Below are positions 54,761-64,000 of a stretch of 64,000 nt of DNA, in pieces. Source of the stretch: Eledone cirrhosa (taxonomy: Eukaryota). A program made the position numbers and the translations under genes. The notes beneath the pieces were generated by a model, which saw nothing but the letters and a program-made list of their open reading frames with translations, searched no databases and was not told the origin of the DNA. The number at the start of each line of letters is the position of its first letter. Position 1 is the stretch's first letter. Where the stretch lies: the NCBI GenBank assembly GCA_964016885.1, contig OZ024744.1:77996001-78060000 (forward strand). Reading direction: 5' to 3'.

Positions 54761-55493
54761 GTACCAAGTGTTAAATTATTATGCGTCATTATTGTACTAT
54801 ATTGTTCTCTTCTAATGATTTTTCCTCATAGATTTGTTCTTGTTAGATACATCATATATGCATGCATAGATACATCATACAGAGAGAGAGAAAGAGATGC
54901 AAGCACACATGCACACACAATTTTACACCAAAAGGAGATAACATTTCTCACTAGTTACAAGAGAACAACAAGGGTATTTTGATCACTTTCACTAACAAGT
55001 GAAACCTACTTAGTGTAAAAGTGTAATCTCCTATTAATTAAATGATGTGTCTGCACAAATGTATGAACAGAGTATTATTTAACAGTATTATATGACAACA
55101 TTTAAAATCAAATAAATTTTCCACATATATTTCTCTAAAACCATAGTGGAATATATTTATTCTGTGGGTGGTTACTAACTTGGTGCCAAAATAATGTGAT
55201 TAAATTATGCTATTAATTTTATTTAAAAATAAAAGAAAAGACTAGACACATTCTGATAACCAACTTGTGGAAACAACAAAGCAAGCTGAGTGAGAATCTC
55301 ATGAAACACTGGAACTAAGCAATCTAATATAAAACTATTTCTTACTTTTCACCAGACGATTCAACCATGATGTATTGGTGGTGGTGGTGGTGTTGGTTAT
55401 GATGGTGATGGTGGTTGTCTACTACATTAGCACAAAACCACACATTTTCAAGAAAGAGAATAACATGGAATGAATTCATTATCAGCACGTTAA

Positions 55494-55688
55494 CCCTTTA
55501 GCATTTAAACTGACTATATTCATCCAGAATACTCTCACCTCTTTCTGTTCAAACCAGCTGTAACCAGCTGTTCATATTGATGTTAAGGTATTGTTCTTAA
55601 AATAAATAATATCAAAATCTCAGACTCGATATTATGTGAGATAAAGCCTTTACCATAAAAATACAATAGTAAATATAGAGTAATGTAA
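55494..55688. mobile_element. TTAA MITE cut by the CR1 3' end
   Basis: Left TIR and body intact; right TIR replaced by the CR1 tail. Confidence 0.8.
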
Positions 55689-57365
55689 TAATAATGAAAT
55701 ATTGTGTACAGTGCTCAGGTGCACTACAACTCATCAAAAAGTGTATATATAGTACATAGGGTAATGTACAAACGTCAGGAAAATGAACAGTGCATGAGTC
55801 ATGATACACATGTGTGCATGTGTATGGAAGGGGTACATCAGGTGTAGTTTTGGCATATTTCGGGAAGCATGAGTGTCTTAAAGGATGCAGTGTCTCGGCA
55901 GCTAACAACTGATGCAGGCAGTTTGTTCCATGCTTCAGCAACTCTGAGCATGAAAAAATGTCTACGAAAGTCATGGGAACTGTGCTGTTTTCTGATTTTG
56001 TAGGCATGTCCACGTGTGTTAGACACATGGAGATCAAAAAGGTGCTCAGGGTTGTTGTTGGCGAGATGGTTAATAACTTTGTGGGTATTTACCAAGTCCA
56101 TTGCCAGACGTCGGAGCTTCAATGAATCCATGCCCAGGGAAGCAAGGCGTTCAGAGTATGGTCGGTGTCTGATGGAGGGTATGCGCTTGGTTGCACGTCT
56201 CTGAACAGTTTCCAGGAGGTCAATGTTCTGAGCAAGATAGGGGTTCCAGACTGATGATGCGAATTCCAAGTGTGGTCGTACCATAGCTGTATACAGTTTT
56301 AATAGATGGCTGGAGAGCGGCTAACAAAGGTCTTGCTGAGTGATGCCAAGACACCCTCGGCCTTCTTGACAATCTTAGAGACATGCTTTGTCCAACGCAA
56401 ATCGCTGCTGACAGTAATGCCCAGGTCACATTCACAAGAGGACTTCTTGATATCAGTGTTGTGGAGGGAGTATGTGGATGCTGGATTTTTCCTCCAAAAA
56501 TGCATGGTGGTACACTTGTCCACAACCAGCTTCAGTTGCCAGTCTGTGATCCATTGCTGCATTGTGTCCAAGTCTGATTGGAGGAAAGAGTTGTAGATTT
56601 CAGGATCAGTCCTTTTGATTTCAAGGTACAGCTTGATGTCATCTGCATATTTCAGTACCGTGGCATTCTGTAAGTTGGCATCTATGTCATTAATATATGC
56701 CACAAACAAAAGGGGACCAAGAACAGATCCCTGTGGTGCACCAGATGACATCTCTTATGGTGAAGAATGCTGTCTTAGAACCGTGACTACCTCTTTTCCG
56801 CTGAGAATGAAGGATTTCAACCAGTCGAAAAGATCATCCCTCACACCCATTGCAGAGAGTTTTGCCATAAGTCTTTTGTATGGCACAGAATTAAAAGCCT
56901 TAGCAAAGTCAAGGTAAACAACATCCACCCATGAGCCACTCTCAGTGATCCGGGTGATGTCTTCAAGGAACTCGATAAGCTGATCACAGTAGCTGGAGTT
57001 AGGGATAAATCCAAACTGTGAGGGCCAGATGAGGCTGTGAGAGCTCCAGAAGTTCCAAAGTGTTTCTCTGACACAGGATTCCATCAGTTTGGCCATACAG
57101 CTAGTAAGACTGACTGGACGATAGCTGACAGGTGACATGCGGTTGCCCTTTTTGAACAGGAGAATGACACTGGCCGTTTTCCACTGCTCCGGAGTAGCAC
57201 CATTGTTGAGACAGTATTGAAAGAAGAAAGAAAGCTGGCGCAAAAGGAAATACCCGCCACGTTTGAGAAGCAGGTATGTAACACCATCAAGACCAGGGGA
57301 GGCATAGTTGCGCTTATTCTTAAGGTGACGTCGCAACATTGCAGGTATAAATTCCATAGTTGTTA
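55685..57365 (-). mobile_element. CR1-clade LINE, 5'-truncated, disrupted RT
   Basis: SYRPVSLTS, QFGF, YLDFAKAF, SGAPQGSVLGPLLF, YADDIK, VRPHLEFASSVWNP, RRATK; split over three ORFs. Confidence 0.95.
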
Positions 57366-58003
57366 TGGAATTTGATGTTAGAGATGAAGAGTTAACATCT
57401 ATTTATTTTCTATGCTTGCATGGGTTAGAAGTTATGTCACATTCTGAGGCTAGACAGACATGTCATGTGAGCACATATTGTTCATATGATCTGCTCTTAG
57501 CTTTTTTTTTTGTTGTTTTGTTATTTTTAATGACCTTCTTAATGCCAACCACTTATAACTAAGTCCAAATGCCCTAACCACTAGGCCATGTGCCTTCAAA
57601 AGGAAATATGGCCTTAAAACAATACTGTATTGCATAGTTTAGTTAACATGTGGTGTGGTGTGGTGTTAAAACCTGCCTACAGACCTGCATCATGTCAGAA
57701 ACTTACTGCAACCAATTGATTTCCTATCATTCAAAATCATTAAAATCAATTAAAATCAATGTTGTTAAATCACAGGCAAACCATCCTATGATCAAAATGA
57801 TCAAATGTATTCCAACCATAACTATTCTGTTTTATTTTCAGACATTATTTCTAGAAGATCAAGACAGAAAATGTACTGTTGGCCTTTAAACCAGCCATAT
57901 CTGGCCAGAATTCTCTCACCTCTTTCTGTTCAAATTGGCTATAACCAACTACTCATATTGATGTTAAGGTATTGTTCTCAAAATAAATAATATCAAAATC
58001 TCA

Positions 58004-58577
58004 TCTATATATATAAAACTGAGGATGTCTGCCTGTGTGTGTGTGTGTGTGTGTCTGAGTTTGAATCCCTAAAACTCGAGAAGTACCCAACCAATTTTTT
58101 TCAAACGTTACATGTGTATTACTTATGTTTCAGGAAGTGTTATGCGCATAAAAGAATTCAAGGTTTTTTGATCCCCTAAGGCCTGCATTAGGTGAAAAAC
58201 TGCGTTTTTTCAGCTTTTTAGAGTTTTTTTAGGTGTTACGTCAGACCGATTTCCTTGAAATTGTAACTATGTATTAGTCAGTCTCTTTTTCATACCGTGA
58301 GCAAAGAAAATCCAACTTTTTTATGGCCTAGGTGAAAAACTTCATTTTTTCAGCTTTTTAGGGCTTTTTTGGAGGTGTTACGTCTAGCCGATTTTCCCGA
58401 AATTTCAAGGCATATTATGCTTCATTGAGGAATATCTTAAAGATTATCCAGCTATCAGAATATTCGGTTTATTTTCTTTACATATTGTCCAGGCATGCAG
58501 TTTTTCCATGATTAGGTCTGTTGGCGGCCCTCATTCCAAAATACCTTATCCCGTGCAACGTCAGGTACCACTGCTAG
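58004..58577 (+). mobile_element. non-autonomous Helitron
   Basis: A|TCTATATATATAAAA start; cccgtgcaacgtcagg subterminal motif; CTAG|T end. Confidence 0.8.
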
Positions 58578-58580
58578 TAA

Positions 58581-58994
58581 TCTATATATCTAAAACAGAG
58601 AATGTCTGTCTGTCTGATCACTAAAACTCAAGAACCACCCAACCCATTGTTTTAAAACTTTACACATGTAATACTTACGGTCCTGTGAGTGTTTTGAGCA
58701 AAAAAATTCAAATTTTCAATGCCTTACAGACCACATTAAGCGATTTAGTAATCTCTCTGTATAACCTTTAGTCTTTCTCCTTTTAGATAGATACATAGTT
58801 ATAAATTTGCGCGCTTATAATATCTGTCTGTATGCCTGGCTGTCTGCATTACGACATTATGATGTAGCTGTGTGTGTGTGTATATATAGTGTGTAACATT
58901 TTTCGAAATATTTACTTCTGCGTTCACAGATTGATTTTTTTTAGTTTCAGAAGATCCTGCTAAGGGTGAAAGGAGCTTAAACATTAATCTTTTA

Positions 58995-59032
<38 letters not shown>

Positions 59033-59209
59033 TGTAATAAACAACATAAGGCAATTATTCCTTTTACCAGTGGTTTCTTAAAAGCAAAAAATTTTGCTTT
59101 CAATCATCAGAATGAAAAAATCCTGGTCTATTTATTAATATTGGATTCTAAAAACCTGTTACCTACATAGAGCACTCTTTTTTCCTGGACTTTTCCGACG
59201 GAATTACTT

Positions 59210-59257
<48 letters not shown>

Positions 59258-59871
59258 AATAAAGTAAAAAGCGTGGGACTGCTTACGGTTTATAATTTTT
59301 TATCCCATTAGTAAAATAAGTTGGATTACTTTGAATAAATAATGAATAAATATTACATAATTTATCTACTAAATTTCGTGGCTGTTGATTAAATATATTT
59401 TGTTTATTTGAAGATTCACTTCTTTAAAATTTCTGAAATGTCAACACTTCCGGTTGGCGATCGCTTAAATAAACATACTAATTTTCTCCTAATGCAGTTT
59501 ATATAGAATATCGTCTTTTTTTAAAGTATCATGGATTACGTTACTGATTAAATAAGACAGTGTAATGCAGTCTTCGTTCAATTTGTATGTATATTGTCAA
59601 TTACGATTATATTTGATGTATCATATCTACATGTATATATACTTGCGTATAATATCAATATACACACTACACATGCTAGCAGAAAACCACCCGAAGGGTT
59701 GTTTCTCTGCTAGTATATATAATTATATATCCGTGTACAGATATTTTTGCATACACAATAACAAAATATAAACAAAAGTATTTATTTCACAAGGCTTGAT
59801 AAGGACAAATATATATCAAATATATAAGAACCCTAGAGCAAATCCCGAGCAACGCCAGGCCATTCTGCTAG
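58581..59871 (+). mobile_element. second non-autonomous Helitron containing PLE fragments
   Basis: A|TCTATATATCTAAAA start, first ~170 bp similar to 58004; cccgagcaacgccagg..CTAG|T end at 59871. Confidence 0.7.
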
Positions 59872-60857
59872 TATATACTATGTATAAATAAATATTATAT
59901 ACTTTTTTATTTTACTATAATTATATATAAAATGTATCATTTGATATTAAATATACTATTATATCATCTCTACCGCCCCCACCCCCTGGACCCTATCAGT
60001 GCTCACTGGGGGGTAGCGCTCACTTTGAGAACCTCTGATCTAGTTAATCTACCCCTCACATGTATGCATTACAATCATGAACTTTACCACTACCATGCAC
60101 CTGTGTTAGTACACAAATAGACAAAATATTGCCATTTGTTTCTGAATACAGCGAGAAGCATTTTTAATTTCTACAATTTAATGATCTTGCTAAACTGTTA
60201 TAGTTTGACATTTCTGATGTCTCTGAAGAATCCTTCTTCTAATCATTATATTTGAGCCATATACCCAAGTGTTGATATTCTTCAAGTTTTCAGGCAGCAT
60301 CACAGAACTGGAAAAAAAATACTCCATCAAAGCAGAGAAATCTCCATTGATAAGATTAAAGTTGAAAGTGATTTAAAAGTACTCAGTCCAAATGTAAGTA
60401 ATATCTAGAGACAGCTTTATAGATATTAGTATTATTATAATTCTCAGCCCACTGCAAAGTGAAAGCTTCCTCAAGCCAGTATCAATTATTATTGACTTGT
60501 GCTGATTTTATCCATCAATCTCATTTCTTTACTTCTCCAGATTGAGAGTTCACAGGTCCGATACTATGGAAATGTGGTCAGAATGCCTAAGTTAAGAATT
60601 GCTGAACAAATATCATCTTATGAAATAATTTTAATAAATAACTCCCAAATTCTTCAATAATTATTTAAAACACAAAATATTTCATTAGAAATACCCTAAC
60701 AAAAGAGTTAAAGAAAGACCCTAATAGAGTAATTTTCTAATACAGTATATTGGAGTTTGATACATATATAGCATATGGTGGTACCATAATCTTTTCAGTG
60801 ATTAGGGCTACCTAAAGTCTTAATTCATTTCCAGCCCTAGGTAAACAGCATAGCAAA

Positions 60858-61121
60858 AATTGTTTCTACATTTGGCACAAGGCCAGTAATTATTCCAGTG
60901 CATTACTGGTACTTTATTTTATTGACCCCGTAAGGATGAAAGGTAAAGTTAACTCGGCAGGATTTGAACTCAGACCGTACAAGGTTGTAAACAGCACAAC
61001 AATAATTGTTTCTACTGTTGGACAAGGCCAACAATTACCCAGTACATTACTGGTACTTTATTTTATCAAGCCCGTAAGGATGAAAGGCAAAGTTAGCCTC
61101 GACGGGATTTGAACTCAGACC
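60858..61121 (-). mobile_element. two 5'-truncated SINE family 1 copies in tandem
   Basis: Family body present twice. Confidence 0.8.
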
Positions 61122-62156
61122 AGTCCCCTCCTCTGTATAAGATTGTAAAGTTCAAATCCCACAGTGATTAATTTAATCAACTATACTCCTCCCTTAGATT
61201 TTTGTGACCAAGTAACCAGCGTCCATTTTCAATAATTATATACTCACAGTTACATATTTCCCCACAAAAATACAATATGAAAAACCGACATGCGACATAT
61301 CTACTCTACCTACAAAACCCTAATCCAAAATATATGGCACAGTCCAACCCTTGCTAGAATGGTGACGTATGGTGACGATGATGGTAAATGTATTTTTAAA
61401 AAAAAAAAGTGTGACTCATCTACTGATGTAACTAAACTGGATGTATCCAGCCAGAATTCTCACCTCTTTCTGTTCAAACTGGCCATAACTGGCCACTCAT
61501 ACTGATGTTAGGTATTGTTCTAAAAATAAATAATATAAAAATCTCCTAGATTCGATATCATACGAGATAATGTAAGTTAAAGCCTTTACCTCAAAATACA
61601 ATGGTATATATATATATAGGGATAAAGATCCCACAACTCCTTATGAAGTTGCAGAAGGGGCCGTCAAACGGTGTTTCTAGGGCACTTTTAAACCTCACGG
61701 AGCCCAACCCTCTCCAGGTCCAAACACAGCTGATTTTTTCTATAGAAGAACAATCAACTCCAACTCCAGTACTGGACTGGTATTTTTTTTTTATCGACCT
61801 TGAAAGGATGAACGGCAAAGTTGACTCCGGCGAGAATTCAACTGAGAGCACACAATGAGGTGGGACAAATACCGTAAAGCATTCTATCTCACGTCTTAAC
61901 AACCATGCCAATTCGCTGCCTTATAATAGGAATATATAGAGTAATGTAAATGCTAAAGGGATGAGTGCTTTTTGTCTTCATATGAACACAATCAATGTAT
62001 ACATTGATTATAGATTTTGGATGAAAACAGAAAATTATTTAGATTAGCTGTAAACTGGAATAACGTGAAGGCGTGTAGTCTAGTGGTTAGGCTGCTGAAG
62101 CGAATGCTAAAGGGTTAAACATGAACATATACAGTAGTGAAGTAATGAAAGGGTTA

Positions 62157-62552
62157 ATAATTGTTTCTACTTTTGGCACAAGGCCAGCAATTATCCCCAC
62201 TGCATTACTGGTGATTTATTTTATCAACCCCCGTAAGGATGAAAGGCAAAGTTAACCTCGGCGGGATTTGAACTCAGACTATAAAGGGCGTAACTATGCT
62301 GCAAAGCATGCCGTCCAACCCTCTACTTATATTGCCAATCCACCACCTTGAAAGGCTTAATAATTGTTTCTACTTTTGGCACAAAGCCAGCAATTACCCC
62401 AGTGCATTACTGGGGCTATATTTTATCACCCCCGTAAGGATGAAAGGCAAAGTTAACCTCAGGGGGATTTGAACTCAGAATGGCAAGGACCGTACGTAAC
62501 TCTATGCCTCAAAGCATGGCGTTCGACCCTCTACCGATACTGCCAATCCACT
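62157..62552 (-). mobile_element. two full-length SINE family 1 copies in tandem
   Basis: 62157-62348 and 62360-62552. Confidence 0.88.
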
Positions 62553-62989
62553 GGTTAATAAGGCTACATAAATGTCACAAGTTGAAGTTATTTGGAATGT
62601 TAGGTGAGGATAAAGATACTAACAGATGATGAGAACTATTTTAGAAATAAATAACACAAATTCTTCTCTTATATGGTCAATATGTCTCTCGAGCTTATCT
62701 TGGGATTAATTAAAATAGAGCTAGTTTACATTCAGATTTGAACATACCAACCAAGTTTGTAACCATTAGACAAGAAAAATGTTTATATTTAGATACAAAC
62801 TGTTCAATTTAGCAACGAAAATCTCTCTAGAAAAAAAAAAGTTAAAAAAAGACCCTTACTGTGTTTAAAATGGGAACCAAATATTTTTAGTCATACATCT
62901 TAAGATAATATTTATCAATAAAAATAGAACAGATACATCTATAAATGTCAGCTGATTGTTTCATTTGAATTGCTATTTCTATATCATGT

Positions 62990-63402
62990 ACATATGAATA
63001 TGTGTGTGACTGTGTACATGTGTGTATGGGTGTGTGTGTGTGTGTGCGCACATGTGTGTGTTTGCACGCATGTGTATTTTTGCGTGAGTGTGTACAAGTA
63101 TGTCTGCGCCTGAGTGAGTGAGCATGAGTGAGTGTGTGCATGAGTGACTGTCCATGTGTGTGTGCATGAGTGACTGTGCATGTGTGCATGAGTGAGTGAG
63201 TGTGTGTGCGTGTGCATGAGTGAGTGTGTGTGTGTGCATGAGTGAGTGTGTGTGCATGAGTGAGTGAGTGTATGAGTGAGTGAGTGAGTGAGTGAGTGAG
63301 TGAGTGAGTGAGTGAGTGAGTGAGTGAGTGAGTGAGTGCGTGTGCATGAGTGAGTGCGTGTGCATGAGTGAGTGTGTGTGTGTGTGTCTGCATGAGTGTG
63401 TG
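62990..63402. repeat. (TG)n/(TGAG)n/CATGAGTG low-complexity tract
   Basis: Directly visible. Confidence 0.95.
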
Positions 63403-63649
63403 AATGTGCCTGTTTTCTGTCTCTCTGTCAGGACTCCATTGGAACTGATAAGTATTCCAGTTGATTCAATCAACGAAACATGTAATGTGGTTCTGAATGA
63501 TACATTTTAACCACACAGTCATGCCTGGGTAAACAATACTTATACAGCAAAACTATGTTTTATACATAACTAATAATGAAAATATCCATTTAAGAGTTAT
63601 TACCAATTCACGACCAAATTTTGGAAAAGGGGATCATCATCTGTATCAC

Positions 63650-64000
63650 AAACATCATTTAACATCCATTTTCCATGATTGAATGGGTTAAACAGGTTGT
63701 CGCATTGAGTCAAGTCAAGTCAGGTAAGCACATCTTGCTTATACTGATATGTATTTTGGTTTGGTTTCTATGGCTGGATGTCTTTCCTAACACCAAAGAC
63801 ATTACATTGTAGACTGGGTGCTGTTTATCATGGCACCAAAAATGACCATCTAACAGAGTGGAGTGGGATAGGTGCTTTTTGCCTTGTCACAAGCACAACC
63901 ACCTTACAGAGTTGACTGGGTGTATTTTGTCGTGTTACAAGAACAACCACCTTACAGGGTTGACGGTGTATTTTATCATGTCACCTGCACAACCACCTTA
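63650..64000 (-). mobile_element. diverged RTE 3' UTR-derived element with 48-bp units, runs off the window
   Basis: ggtttctatggctggatg..ttcctaacacc followed by unit-like repeats. Confidence 0.75.

Noticed and set aside
55346-55420. Phase-2 donor giving MVESSGEK before the 51262 exon
   Set aside because: Phase fits, but it sits in CAC/CAT low-complexity sequence with no family motif or clear acceptor.
60100-60307. Upstream coding exon of the minus-strand gene
   Set aside because: Good acceptor but stops in all frames and a weak donor; at most a UTR exon.
62887-63473. His/Thr-rich ORFs
   Set aside because: Translation of TGAG/TG microsatellite.

Overview
AT-rich, repeat-dense animal DNA with no prokaryotic features. 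The SINE, LINE and (TA)n microsatellite content resembles octopod cephalopod genomes (inference). Most of the ORF track is microsatellite noise. One host gene is well supported: four minus-strand coding exons (51262-51074, 42469-42344, 40881-40711, 37852-37768) splice in frame into the C-terminal ~190 aa of an HCFC1R1/CCDC117-like protein; its 5' exon(s) were not found. The rest is mobile DNA: several RTE LINE families (one near-intact copy at 12319-15612), a CR1-clade LINE, tRNA-derived SINEs, TTAA MITEs, non-autonomous Helitrons, and many Penelope-like element (PLE) remnants with hammerhead-ribozyme (HHR)-like cores and fold-back inverted repeats. The most interesting unexplained element is a 4 x ~178-bp tandem array at 36015-36739 whose first unit has a type I hammerhead-like core (candidate retrozyme; an exon-duplication reading also fits). 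Family assignments are from remembered motifs; no searches or folding programs were run, and repeat boundaries are approximate.
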